From Sulfurospirillum sp. (GTDB taxonomy: Bacteria; Campylobacterota; Campylobacteria; Campylobacterales; QNZT01), in assembly GCA_024762875.1 (NCBI GenBank), contig JANTGR010000003.1, positions 1-57,976 of the forward strand: a stretch of 57,976 nt of DNA. Direction: 5' to 3'. The notes beneath the pieces were generated by a model. That model was not told where the DNA came from, ran no database searches, and was given only the letters and a program-made list of their open reading frames with translations. Position 1 is the first letter of the stretch, and each line of letters opens with the position of its first letter. A program made the translations under genes and the position numbers. This document shows positions 41,559 through 50,677 of this stretch, piece after piece.

Positions 41559-42905
41559 ATGAGACAAAGAAAAACAAACAAGATTATTTTATCTCTGGCT
41601 ACTGCTTCTGTACTTTCACTTGGTCTGCATGCTGCAGACTGGCTTTCTATCGCAGGAACAGAGCCATCTTTTGTCAAAAAAGGTGGTCAAAAAGTGGCAA
41701 ATCATAATACCAAGCCGCATTACTGGGGATTTATACAAGTTGGTTATCAAAAAGATTTCGGGGATATATTTGTGCCAGGAAGTGGACCAAAAGCGGGACT
41801 GAATTTAACACCTTTTGCTATGATGACACCTTCACTGAATTCCCAATCCGGTTTTGAAGTCAATCGTGCCAGACTGGCAGTGCGTGGTATGTTTGACAAA
41901 GACAATACGCTGGATTATTTCTTTATGACAGAATTGGGGGAAGATGGTATCACCAGACCTGCTGGACATCCTTCAAGCAATTATCTCACAGATGCTTCCA
42001 TCACATACAGAGGTATTCCTTATGTCAATGTGCGTCTGGGACAATTTAAATATCCTGGAAGTGAAGAGGGGCTTCGTGCCGTGTTTACTTCTACTTATAG
42101 AAACTTTTCAACTGCAGGTTCACAGCTTTTGCTGGAGAGGTTTTTACCTAACAATGCAAAAGAGGTCAGTCCCGGTATTTTTCAGGCAGCACCTGAGCAA
42201 TCTGTAGCAGCCTATCGTGACCGCGGTGTAGAACTTTTTCACACTGAAAAAATTCAGCCCAATGTAACGATGACGCTTGCCGGTATGGTCGGTAGCGGTA
42301 CAGGGCTTAGTTCTACCAATGCATCCGGAAATCTGACCTATTATGGTTATCTTGCCAGTGAATATCTCTTTGGTAAAGGAAAAGGGTACTATACACAGTC
42401 CCTAAAAGGCTTTGCATGGTATCAAAGCGGAAAGAGACAACTAAATGATACAGACTATAAAAGAACACGTTATGGTGCCGGATTTAACTATTTTAAAGAT
42501 GGTCTGAGGATCGGGGCTGAATATATGAAAGCTGAGGGTATGATCTACAATGGTGCCAAAGATGTGGATTCGGATCCCTTCGGTGTTAACTGGCAGTATC
42601 AAATCGCAGCTGATGACAGCAATGAAGCAGATGGCGGGTACTTTAATGTAGCGTATTTTTTCATTCCCAAAAAATGGGAAGCAATGGCCAGATACGACTA
42701 TCTGAACCGTCTGACCAATTCTACAGCGGGCAAAAGAGAATTTAAAACGACAACACTTGGGCTCTCTTATCATTTTAAAGGTCCTACCAGAATCGATTTG
42801 AATTATGCACTAAGAGATGCTAAAGCACCTGGCAATGCCAAGGCGCAAAAAGTACTGGACAATATAGGCAATCTTTTCTCCTTACAAGGTACGATAAAAT
42901 TTTAA
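41559..42905 (+). CDS. outer-membrane porin (beta-barrel, OprO/P-like)
   Basis: Signal peptide ...SLGLHA. Alternating beta-strand pattern. C-terminal ...LFSLQGTIKF with terminal Phe. Lies 11 nt after the cytochrome gene. Confidence 0.65.
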   Translation: MRQRKTNKIILSLATASVLSLGLHAADWLSIAGTEPSFVKKGGQKVANHNTKPHYWGFIQVGYQKDFGDIFVPGSGPKAGLNLTPFAMMTPSLNSQSGFEVNRARLAVRGMFDKDNTLDYFFMTELGEDGITRPAGHPSSNYLTDASITYRGIPYVNVRLGQFKYPGSEEGLRAVFTSTYRNFSTAGSQLLLERFLPNNAKEVSPGIFQAAPEQSVAAYRDRGVELFHTEKIQPNVTMTLAGMVGSGTGLSSTNASGNLTYYGYLASEYLFGKGKGYYTQSLKGFAWYQSGKRQLNDTDYKRTRYGAGFNYFKDGLRIGAEYMKAEGMIYNGAKDVDSDPFGVNWQYQIAADDSNEADGGYFNVAYFFIPKKWEAMARYDYLNRLTNSTAGKREFKTTTLGLSYHFKGPTRIDLNYALRDAKAPGNAKAQKVLDNIGNLFSLQGTIKF

Positions 42906-42953
42906 TGACATAGCCTTCTAGAGTATGTCAATTCTTCAATTCTCACTCTTTTT

Positions 42954-42986
42954 AAGTCTGTATGCTCAATCACCGCATACAGACTT
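42954..42986 (+). terminator. hairpin after the porin gene
   Basis: AAGTCTGTATGC - 9 nt - GCATACAGACTT, a 12-bp perfect stem. Confidence 0.4.
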
Positions 42987-43035
42987 ATAATATTCTCAAC
43001 AAAATTTAAGCCTTATTGGATAAAGTAATTCTAAT

Positions 43036-43060
43036 AGTGTGTTTCTTCGGAACACTCAAT
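43036..43060 (+). repeat. solo half (3' arm) of the 97-nt repeat
   Basis: AGTGTGTTTCTTCGGAACACTCAAT versus the element arm AGTGTGTTTGTTCAGAACACTCAAT (2 differences). The partner arm is absent. Confidence 0.5.
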
Positions 43061-43082
43061 ATAATTTAAAGGAATCAAGACA

Positions 43083-43973
43083 ATGAAATGGCGTGGTGGT
43101 CGAAAAAGTAATAATGTAGATGATAGAAGAACAAGTAGCGGAAGCCGTGGTGGACGGGGTTTTAGGATGCCTTCTCTTCAAACCATGTTTTTTATATTTC
43201 CGCTTATCAAACCACTTTTAAAAAGCAAGCTGGGTCTGATCGTTATCGGTATTGGTGCAGTTGCTTATTTTAGCGGATTTAATCCTCTAGGCATGCTGGA
43301 TGGTGGCGCAACAGCACAACCCAAAGATCAAAAAGCAGATGATGAAAAGGCTGCTTTTATCTCGACTGTTTTAGCAGATACGGAAGATACCTGGAAAGAT
43401 ATCTTTGCCAAGGCAGGTTATCGTTATCAAGAACCAAAACTAGTACTCTATCGTGGGCATACCCGCAGCGGATGTGGTGGTGCTGATGCTGAAATGGGAC
43501 CTTTTTATTGTCCGAATGATCAGACAATCTATGTAGATTTAGGGTTTTATGATGAATTAAAACACAAATATAAAGCTTCCGGGGATTTTGCAGAGGCCTA
43601 TATTTTGGCACATGAAGTAGGACACCATATCCAAAATATGCAAGGCACACTGCAAAAGGTACAGGAAGCGAAACAGCGCTCTTATGGAAAAGGTGCTGAA
43701 AATGCCCTGCAAGTCAAAGTCGAATTACAGGCAGACTGCTATGCAGGGATCTGGGCGAACCATGCGCAAAAAACCAAACAGATTTTGGAAGAAGGGGATA
43801 TCGATGAAGCGCTCAATGCCGCCAATGTCATCGGAGATGATACCCTGCAAAAAAAAGCACAGGGCTATGTCATGCCTGACAGCTTCACACATGGTACTTC
43901 CAAACAGCGTATGAGCTGGTTTCTAAGAGGTCTAAAAAGTGGAGATTTAAGAAGCTGCAACACTTTTCAATGA
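43083..43973 (+). CDS. YpfJ-family neutral zinc metallopeptidase
   Basis: 296 aa. MKWRGGRKSNNVDDRR N-terminus, one TM, HEVGHH zinc motif. Confidence 0.75.
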   Translation: MKWRGGRKSNNVDDRRTSSGSRGGRGFRMPSLQTMFFIFPLIKPLLKSKLGLIVIGIGAVAYFSGFNPLGMLDGGATAQPKDQKADDEKAAFISTVLADTEDTWKDIFAKAGYRYQEPKLVLYRGHTRSGCGGADAEMGPFYCPNDQTIYVDLGFYDELKHKYKASGDFAEAYILAHEVGHHIQNMQGTLQKVQEAKQRSYGKGAENALQVKVELQADCYAGIWANHAQKTKQILEEGDIDEALNAANVIGDDTLQKKAQGYVMPDSFTHGTSKQRMSWFLRGLKSGDLRSCNTFQ

Positions 43974-43982
43974 CATCCTGTC

Positions 43983-43992
43983 TATCATGATA
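43983..43992. repeat. TATCATGATA copy 18
   Basis: Perfect. Supplies the TGA stop of the yqaA-like gene (minus strand, 43985). Confidence 0.95.
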
Positions 43993-44398
43993 GCAGCCAG
44001 ATTGCAAAGAGATAACGTGCGCCCTTTGCAAACATGACTATCATGATAAACCATTTCAACTCATACTTTAAAACACCTGCGATTAGCGTGATCGGATCTC
44101 CTATCACAGGCACCCATGACAAAAGCAGCGCCCATCCTCCATACTTTTCAAAGTAATCATGCGCCTTTGCGATTTGACGCTCTTTGGCAATATTTTTAGA
44201 AAGAAGATAGTCAGTCCCTTTTGCCCCTAAAAAGTAGTTAATCAACGCGCCTAAAGTGTTGCCTGTTGTTGCAAAAAAGAGTAGGTAAAAAGGAGAATAT
44301 CCTAAGGATAAATCATAAAGGAGCACTGCCTCACTGCCTCCCGGCAGCAGTGTCGCCGAGAGTAGTGAGAGTGCAAAAAGTGAGAGATATACGAGCAC
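43985..44398 (-). CDS. YqaA/DedA-related small membrane protein
   Basis: 137 aa, four hydrophobic segments, GGSEAVLLY and LLSWVPVIGDPITLIAG. Confidence 0.6.
   Translation of the reverse strand: MLVYLSLFALSLLSATLLPGGSEAVLLYDLSLGYSPFYLLFFATTGNTLGALINYFLGAKGTDYLLSKNIAKERQIAKAHDYFEKYGGWALLLSWVPVIGDPITLIAGVLKYELKWFIMIVMFAKGARYLFAIWLLS
44039..44048. repeat. TATCATGATA copy 19
   Basis: Perfect. Inside the yqaA-like gene, I-M-I. Confidence 0.95.
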
Positions 44399-44401
44399 TG
44401 C

Positions 44402-45736
44402 CTACTTAACCAGCAGCTCCCTGATACTATCTTCATCTGTAATATCTTTGTCATATTTGACAACGATGGTACCTTCTGTTTCGTTGGTATAGTATTCTAC
44501 TACACCTTTCACCATCTTCAAAGAGTCAAGTCTCTCTTTATCATATCTGTCATAATCCATATAAACATTACCTCTATGTCCTGGATTTCTCAGCTTCATC
44601 ACCCATAAAAACCATCCCACACAAAGTACTACAACTACTAGCGCCAAAGTGGAACGTGAGAAACTGTGCATCAACCATCCGCCGAGCAAACCACCCAAAA
44701 AAGCACCAAAATAGGCAAAAGAGTTCGCGACACCCAAAGCTGCACCTTTTTGGTGTACTTTGGCAAATTTTGAGACAAAAGACTGCAAGAGCGGTTCAAA
44801 CATATTAAACCCGATAAAAAACAACACTACCCCCACGATAAACAGTATCGCATTGCTTGCAAATCCCATCAGAATGAACCCCAAAGCGATTAAGACAATA
44901 GAGAGCAAAAAGATCTCTTTACCTTTATCTTTTTTTTCACCAAATACGGCTGCAGGTCCCATTGCAATCAGACCAAACACCATGGCTGGCAGATAAACTT
45001 TCCAAAGATCCACCTTGTCCCATCCAAAACCACCGTCATCTATACTATGTGTCATCACAATCGGAATAATAAAAAATGCCATTGTCATGATAGAAGTATG
45101 AAAGAGGAAAGTAACATACATAATCACCAAACTTTTATCTTTAAACACTTCTTTCATTTTTGACTCTTCTTCGGAGTAATTATGAATGATTTTTGGAGGA
45201 TTTGGCACTTTGGTAAAGAGAATCAAGATAGCCAATGTTGCCAAAACAGCAGTAATCCAAAACAGTTTATCGACACCATAATATCCCCCGACAACTGGTC
45301 CAACGATCATCGCCACAGCAAAACTCATCGCGATCGTTCCACCCATGATAGCCATCGCATGGGCTCTGGTCTCTTCTTTGACAAGATCAGATATCATGGC
45401 AGTGACAACAGAGCCGATAGCGCCTGCACCTTGCAAAAACCGCCCCAGCATCAACATATAGATATTGGTACTCTCAGCTGCTACAATAGAACCAAGTATA
45501 AAAATCAATAAACCGATAAGCAGTGTCTTTTTTCGACCCAGTTTATCACTCATCAATCCAAACGGAATCTGGAAAACTGTTTGCGTCAGTGCATAACCAC
45601 CCACAACGATACCAACCAATATGGCATTTGAGCCTTCCAGTGAAAGTGCATAAGCCGACAGTACAGGAAGTACAATAAAAAGCCCCAAAAATCTCAGCGC
45701 AATGATAAGACTCAAAGGCATAACCGATTTCATCAT
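44402..45736 (-). CDS. MFS transporter with ~60-aa soluble C-terminal extension
   Basis: 444 aa. MFS signature GLMSDKLGRKKTLL. 12 TM-like segments. Confidence 0.8.
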   Translation of the reverse strand: MMKSVMPLSLIIALRFLGLFIVLPVLSAYALSLEGSNAILVGIVVGGYALTQTVFQIPFGLMSDKLGRKKTLLIGLLIFILGSIVAAESTNIYMLMLGRFLQGAGAIGSVVTAMISDLVKEETRAHAMAIMGGTIAMSFAVAMIVGPVVGGYYGVDKLFWITAVLATLAILILFTKVPNPPKIIHNYSEEESKMKEVFKDKSLVIMYVTFLFHTSIMTMAFFIIPIVMTHSIDDGGFGWDKVDLWKVYLPAMVFGLIAMGPAAVFGEKKDKGKEIFLLSIVLIALGFILMGFASNAILFIVGVVLFFIGFNMFEPLLQSFVSKFAKVHQKGAALGVANSFAYFGAFLGGLLGGWLMHSFSRSTLALVVVVLCVGWFLWVMKLRNPGHRGNVYMDYDRYDKERLDSLKMVKGVVEYYTNETEGTIVVKYDKDITDEDSIRELLVK

Positions 45737-45771
45737 GATAAAAACCCCTCTATGTTATAATTTAAAAGTAT

Positions 45772-45824
45772 ATTAGGTATGTTGTGCAAATATCTTTGCA
45801 GGATATATACACAACATACCTAAT
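45772..45824. other. 15-bp perfect inverted repeat in the MFS/rdgB divergent spacer
   Basis: ATTAGGTATGTTGTG - 23 nt - CACAACATACCTAAT. The spacer contains a nested ATATC/GATAT pair. Confidence 0.85.
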
Positions 45825-45860
45825 GAGACAATTATATTCCTAATCACATTAAGGTATCCA

Positions 45861-46457
45861 ATGAAAATCATATTAGCCAGTGCAAATAAAGGTAAAATTC
45901 GTGAAATCCAGACATACTGCGATATTGATGTCCTTCCTTATTCGGATGTTATGGCGCCTTTTGATATCATAGAAGACGGAGACACATTTAAAGCCAATGC
46001 TCTCATAAAAGCAAGAGCCATTTATGAAAAGTTAAAAGGCAAAGAAAAAGATTTTATCGTACTGGCTGATGACAGTGGTATCTCAGTGCCGGCGCTAAAC
46101 AATGCACCAGGTATCTACAGTGCAAGATATGCTGGTGAAGATGCAAGCGAAAAGGACAATCTGTACAAACTGATTGATGAACTCAAAAAAAATGGGATAG
46201 AGAGAACACCTGCCTTTTATACAGCTGCCATGGCGATGATCACAGATAAAGGTGAAGAATTTACCGTGCATGGCTGGATGTATGGTGATGCCATAGCACA
46301 GGCTAGAGGTGATAAAGGATTTGGCTATGATCCGATGTTTATTCCTGAAGGATTCGATAAAACACTGGGAGAGTTAGATGCCGAAGTCAAAAAAGCACTT
46401 TCACATCGCAGCAAAGCACTTGTTTTGACCAAAACGATTTTACGTACCCTTGTTTAG
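45861..46457 (+). CDS. rdgB: non-canonical purine NTP pyrophosphatase (RdgB/HAM1)
   Basis: 198 aa. [33 protein letters not shown]. Confidence 0.9.
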   Translation: MKIILASANKGKIREIQTYCDIDVLPYSDVMAPFDIIEDGDTFKANALIKARAIYEKLKGKEKDFIVLADDSGISVPALNNAPGIYSARYAGEDASEKDNLYKLIDELKKNGIERTPAFYTAAMAMITDKGEEFTVHGWMYGDAIAQARGDKGFGYDPMFIPEGFDKTLGELDAEVKKALSHRSKALVLTKTILRTLV

Positions 46458-46460
46458 TGT

Positions 46461-47153
46461 TTAGTGAACATGTCCAACCACAGCATTGGTATTGGTTTTT
46501 AATATCGTCAGCCCCTCTCTGCCATTGGCGATAAAAATATAATTGTTTCTTAGAGCCAGGGCATAAGCACTGTCATGCAGATAATAGCTTGCTACGGCAC
46601 CTGTTCTGGCCTGGTAGATTTTTAAACCTTCATTGTCCACTTCATAGAGATACTCCCCTGCTGTAATCGTGCTATGACCGACACCGCTCTTTCCTTCGGC
46701 ACTTCCCAGATAGATAGGTCTCAAAGGATTTTGCACATCAAAAGCACTGACACGGCTGTAACTCTGCAGCCCCTCTGGTATATAAGCGACATACACCACA
46801 TCATCCACCACTTCTACATAGTTGACATACTCCGGCAGGTCATAGCTGTAGATCAGATACGGTGAGGCTGGATTCGTCACATCTACTACTTCAAGACCAC
46901 CGTCACCACTGGCGATATAAGCGATATTTCCATCATTGGAGAGTACGATATCCACAGCGATACCTTCCGTATTGAAACGCTTGAGAGCTTCTATCTGTAT
47001 ATCATTGTTATCATGATAGGCTGTCTGCACAGAGTTTGAACTGATACGACTTGTACTTGATGGGCCAATTGAACCATCTGGTGTACCACTGCCACTACAA
47101 CCGATAAAGAGAGTTCCTAACACCAGTAAGAGTATATTTATTTTCATCATCAT
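46461..47153 (-). CDS. lipoprotein with LVIVD-type repeats (second paralogue-like gene)
   Basis: Lipobox LFIGC. NIAYIASGDGGLEVVDVTNPASP, VVYVAYIPEGLQ, YIFIANGREGLTIL. Confidence 0.65.
   Translation of the reverse strand: MMMKINILLLVLGTLFIGCSGSGTPDGSIGPSSTSRISSNSVQTAYHDNNDIQIEALKRFNTEGIAVDIVLSNDGNIAYIASGDGGLEVVDVTNPASPYLIYSYDLPEYVNYVEVVDDVVYVAYIPEGLQSYSRVSAFDVQNPLRPIYLGSAEGKSGVGHSTITAGEYLYEVDNEGLKIYQARTGAVASYYLHDSAYALALRNNYIFIANGREGLTILKTNTNAVVGHVH
47009..47018. repeat. TATCATGATA copy 20
   Basis: Perfect. Inside the LVIVD lipoprotein gene, Y-H-D. Confidence 0.95.
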
Positions 47154-47322
47154 CTCCTTGCATGCATATATATTGTTCTATTCAGAATAGTAATTTTTTT
47201 TATTTTATGCAATATTTATTTACCTTTTTAATATAAAAAAGTTTTTTTGTTCCTAAAAGAAACATTTTTTTAAATAAATAGTGTATAATCATAAAAAAAA
47301 TTAAAGTTTACAAGGAAATACC

Positions 47323-48507
47323 ATGGCAGAAATATTGATCATCGGGGCAGGAGGCGTTGGCCGCGTAGTCGTACACAAATGTGCACAAGAAAAAACTTTT
47401 GATAAAATCACTTTGGCCAGCAGGCGGCTTAGCTCCTGCCAGGCTTATCAAAAAGAGGTCAAAGAACGCTACAACAAAGACATCAACATAGCAGAAGTCA
47501 ATGCTGATAGTGTTGCTGATCTTATCACCCTCTTTCGCCAGGTCAAACCGGATATCGTACTCAATATCGCTCTTCCCTATCAGGATCTGACAATCATGGA
47601 AGCCTGTTTACAAACGGGTATACACTATCTGGATACTGCAAACTATGAACACCCTGAGACTGCAAAATTTGAGTATAAAGAGCAATGGGCTTATCATGAT
47701 AGATATAAAGAAGCCGGTATTATGGCATTGCTTGGAAGCGGTTTTGATCCGGGTGTGACCAATGTCTTTTGTGCCTATGCGCAAAAACACTACTTTGATG
47801 AGATAGAAACAATCGATATTTTAGACTGCAACGCAGGTGATCACGGCTATCCTTTTGCTACCAATTTCAATCCGGAGATCAATCTTCGTGAGGTCAGTGC
47901 CAATGGGCGATACTGGGAAAATGGCACTTGGATCGAAACGGATCCTATGGAAATCAAAATGGTTTGGGATTATCCTCAAATTGGTAAAAAGGATAGTTAT
48001 TTACTCTATCATGAAGAGATGGAAAGCCTTGTAAAACATATCAAAGGGCTCAAACGTATCCGCTTCTTTATGACCTTTTCACAATCCTATCTCACACATA
48101 TGAAATGCCTGGAAAATGTTGGTATGCTGGGTATCGAAGAGGTCGAACACCAAGGATGCAAAATCATCCCGATACAATTTCTCAAAACCCTGCTTCCTGA
48201 TCCAGCATCACTAGGTTCCCGCACCAAAGGAAAGACCAATATCGGAATCCTTGCAAAAGGCAAAAAAGAGGGTAAAGAAAGAACAATATATATCTATAAT
48301 GTCTGCGATCATGAAGCAACATACAAAGAGACACTTTCACAGGCCGTAAGTTATACAACAGGCGTACCAGCCATGATAGGTGCCAAAATGATGATGCAGG
48401 GCATATGGATGGATAAAGGAGTATTCAATATGGAACAATTTGACCCAGATCCTTTCATGGAAGCACTCAATCAGGATGGATTAAAATGGTTTGTCAAAGA
48501 GTTATGA
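47323..48507 (+). CDS. carboxynorspermidine synthase/dehydrogenase (saccharopine dehydrogenase family)
   Basis: 394 aa. ILIIGAGGVGRVVVHK Rossmann. Length and sequence are typical of CANSDH. Its partner nspC lies at 53462. Confidence 0.8.
   Translation: MAEILIIGAGGVGRVVVHKCAQEKTFDKITLASRRLSSCQAYQKEVKERYNKDINIAEVNADSVADLITLFRQVKPDIVLNIALPYQDLTIMEACLQTGIHYLDTANYEHPETAKFEYKEQWAYHDRYKEAGIMALLGSGFDPGVTNVFCAYAQKHYFDEIETIDILDCNAGDHGYPFATNFNPEINLREVSANGRYWENGTWIETDPMEIKMVWDYPQIGKKDSYLLYHEEMESLVKHIKGLKRIRFFMTFSQSYLTHMKCLENVGMLGIEEVEHQGCKIIPIQFLKTLLPDPASLGSRTKGKTNIGILAKGKKEGKERTIYIYNVCDHEATYKETLSQAVSYTTGVPAMIGAKMMMQGIWMDKGVFNMEQFDPDPFMEALNQDGLKWFVKEL
47692..47701. repeat. TATCATGATA copy 21
   Basis: Perfect. 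Inside the CANSDH gene, Y-H-D. Confidence 0.95.
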
Positions 48508-48541
48508 TATAATAAAGGTTATTTTAACAGAGGAAAAAGCA

Positions 48542-48886
48542 ATGATGCCACAAATCGATATGAACTCACAAGAGTTTTTAGATGAATTAGAAAAAACAAA
48601 AAAATTTACAGATAAAGTATGTAAAAACTTTGACTGGGTCTATAATGCCAATGAAGATGTCAATGAAGGAGTCACACTGGGACTTGCCAGACATAAACTA
48701 CTCTATGGGAAAAGATTTTGCCCTTGTTTTATGGTAGTACCAGATGAGAACAAAGAGGGAAAATACAAAAGCGCAGATGACAGAATATGCCCATGCAAAC
48801 CAGCTATTGAAGATGAGATACCAAACAAAGGTGTGTGCCACTGTGGTATATTTTGTGCACCAGATTTTGAAGGCGCTGCAAAATAA
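48542..48886 (+). CDS. ferredoxin:thioredoxin reductase catalytic-subunit-like protein
   Basis: CPC ... CPC ... CHC cysteine pattern (FCPCFMV, ICPCKP, GVCHCGIFC). Start set at the ATG at 48542 after GAGGA. Confidence 0.7.
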   Translation: MMPQIDMNSQEFLDELEKTKKFTDKVCKNFDWVYNANEDVNEGVTLGLARHKLLYGKRFCPCFMVVPDENKEGKYKSADDRICPCKPAIEDEIPNKGVCHCGIFCAPDFEGAAK

Positions 48887-48925
48887 ACTGCCTGGTATAA
48901 GTTGGGCTTTGCCCAATTTATGCTT

Positions 48926-49384
48926 TTAATTTTCCTGGCACTCTTTGCAGATACCATATAGCTGCATCAAATGATTTGTCAAAACAAAACCGTTTTCCTG
49001 GGCAATTTTATGCTGCAAATGCTCAATTTCTTCATCTTCAAACTCCACAATTTTCCCACACTTTTCACAGATGATATGATCATGATGTTCTTTGTTGGCA
49101 AGTTCAAATTTTTTACCCTGTATACCCAATGAAATCGAGGTGGCAAATCCATTCTCTTCTAAAAGATTCAATGTTCTATACACTGTCGTTATGCCGGTAT
49201 TTAACTGTGGATGTTTCTTCTTCACCAAGTCATAAAGTTCTTCAGGTGTAAAATGTTTGGGATGGTTATAGAGTGTTTGCAGTATTGCTTCTCTTTGGGC
49301 TGTGAACTTTAGCCCATTATTTTTAAGAAGCTGTTTAAATTCCAATAAAAGCTTTTTAAAACTTAAATTTTTTGTCTCTAACAT
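48926..49384 (-). CDS. Fur family transcriptional regulator (Fur/PerR-type)
   Basis: 152 aa. Winged helix TTVYRTLNLLEENG. Metal sites HHDHIICEKCGKIVEF and CKEC. Confidence 0.85.
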   Translation of the reverse strand: MLETKNLSFKKLLLEFKQLLKNNGLKFTAQREAILQTLYNHPKHFTPEELYDLVKKKHPQLNTGITTVYRTLNLLEENGFATSISLGIQGKKFELANKEHHDHIICEKCGKIVEFEDEEIEHLQHKIAQENGFVLTNHLMQLYGICKECQEN

Positions 49385-49412
49385 AGGCTTTCCTCTTCAT
49401 AAAAATTATTTT

Positions 49413-49431
49413 CATAATGATTTTCAAATTA
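49413..49431. promoter_or_regulatory. weak Fur-box-like sequence upstream of the Fur-family gene
   Basis: CATAATGATTTTCAAATTA matches 12/19 of GATAATGATAATCATTATC, including ATAATGAT. The A+T-rich context makes chance matches likely. Confidence 0.2.
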
Positions 49432-49463
49432 TAGCATATATTTTAAGACAAAATACTTTATGA

Positions 49464-49985
49464 TTAACGTTTTAGGGTAGCAGATGTTTCCACATCAGTT
49501 GCTTGCAAAACCAATTCATCAGATGCCGTAGTCGTAATATCATAATCTGATGTCAAAAAAGCAGCTGCTGCATTTTCTGCATTTTCAAATTCATTACAAC
49601 TTGCATTGTCAAGATCTGGCTTTGGCGAAGAAACTCTTGAAAAATAGAGCGCATTGTCTTTTATTTTATAGGTGGCACTGAGTATATAACAATCTGCTAA
49701 AATATTGACTTTTGTATCGGTAAAATCCATCTGCATTTTATAGGTTCTTACACTGCCTGTTGTATCATAAAGATACTTGTCAAGATCCATTTTAAGAGAA
49801 GTCCATGTTTTCTCTTTGAGGATCGCACCTACATCTTCACTGCCACTTAATGAGCCAAAAGTCTTTCCACTGCCTACAGTATTTGGCCCAGTAGTGTTGG
49901 AGTCTGAACCTGAAGTTGCGCTGCTGTTACACCCGCTCATCCATAGAAGTGCTGCAGTTAAACCCAGTACAATGCTATTTTTCAT
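49464..49985 (-). CDS. hypothetical lipoprotein
   Basis: 173 aa, lipobox LWMSGC. No family recognised. Confidence 0.55.
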   Translation of the reverse strand: MKNSIVLGLTAALLWMSGCNSSATSGSDSNTTGPNTVGSGKTFGSLSGSEDVGAILKEKTWTSLKMDLDKYLYDTTGSVRTYKMQMDFTDTKVNILADCYILSATYKIKDNALYFSRVSSPKPDLDNASCNEFENAENAAAAFLTSDYDITTTASDELVLQATDVETSATLKR

Positions 49986-50068
49986 GATATTTTCCTATAT
50001 ATGTATTACTATATTCAATATCGTCAAAAATAGTATTTACTTTAATCCATAAAAATATGTTACACTCT

Positions 50069-50078
50069 TATCATGATA
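50069..50078. repeat. TATCATGATA copy 22
   Basis: Perfect. Lies 21 nt upstream of the 50099 start, in the leader. Confidence 0.95.
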
Positions 50079-50098
50079 ACATGATTAAAGGAGTCATA

Positions 50099-50677
50099 AT
50101 GAAATATCTTTTATTGGTATTAAGTTTATTGTTTTTTTCTGCCTGTTCACCAAAATATAAAATCGTCAAAGAGTACCATCCACCCCAACTGACAGACAGC
50201 AGCAATACCTCTGTTTGTCTTGGGCTGTGTGAAACCAAACGCAGTGCCTGCAAACAAAAATGTGAAAGCACTTTTAACAGCTGTAAAGTCAAAGCCCACC
50301 GCATCGCACTCCAGCGGTATAATAAAAAGATGCAGGATTATACAAAGCAGCTTGAAAACTATGTAGATGCTGTTGATGATAACGGATTTGAGAGTCGTTT
50401 TATCTTTATGAACTACGGGTATGGCTATCCTTACTATTATTATCCGCGTCCTTATGGATATGCCAACAGTCTGTTTTGGTATGATCCGATGCCATATTAT
50501 GGTTCTTACCGCAGCCGGCCAAAACCCAAAAAGCCAAGTTTAGAGCAGGAAAACCTCAAAGCTGAAGCAGAGTTTTGTGATCTTGACTGTGGTTGTACGC
50601 ATACTTTTGACACCTGTTATACAGGTTGTGGCGGGACTATCGTCTCCAAAAAGCTCTGCATAGAAAATTGTCCATAA
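50099..50677 (+). CDS. Cys-rich lipoprotein with Tyr/Pro-rich low-complexity segment
   Basis: Start at the ATG at 50099, 5 nt after AAGGAG. Lipobox FFSAC. GYGYPYYYYPRPYGY. Confidence 0.55.
   Translation: MKYLLLVLSLLFFSACSPKYKIVKEYHPPQLTDSSNTSVCLGLCETKRSACKQKCESTFNSCKVKAHRIALQRYNKKMQDYTKQLENYVDAVDDNGFESRFIFMNYGYGYPYYYYPRPYGYANSLFWYDPMPYYGSYRSRPKPKKPSLEQENLKAEAEFCDLDCGCTHTFDTCYTGCGGTIVSKKLCIENCP

Noticed and set aside
47154-47322. A+T-rich 170-nt region upstream of CANSDH with a 13-bp palindrome CTATTCAGAATAG, considered as a riboswitch or operator
   Set aside because: There is no conserved riboswitch core that I can recognise. The palindrome is short and in very A+T-rich DNA, so chance occurrence is plausible.
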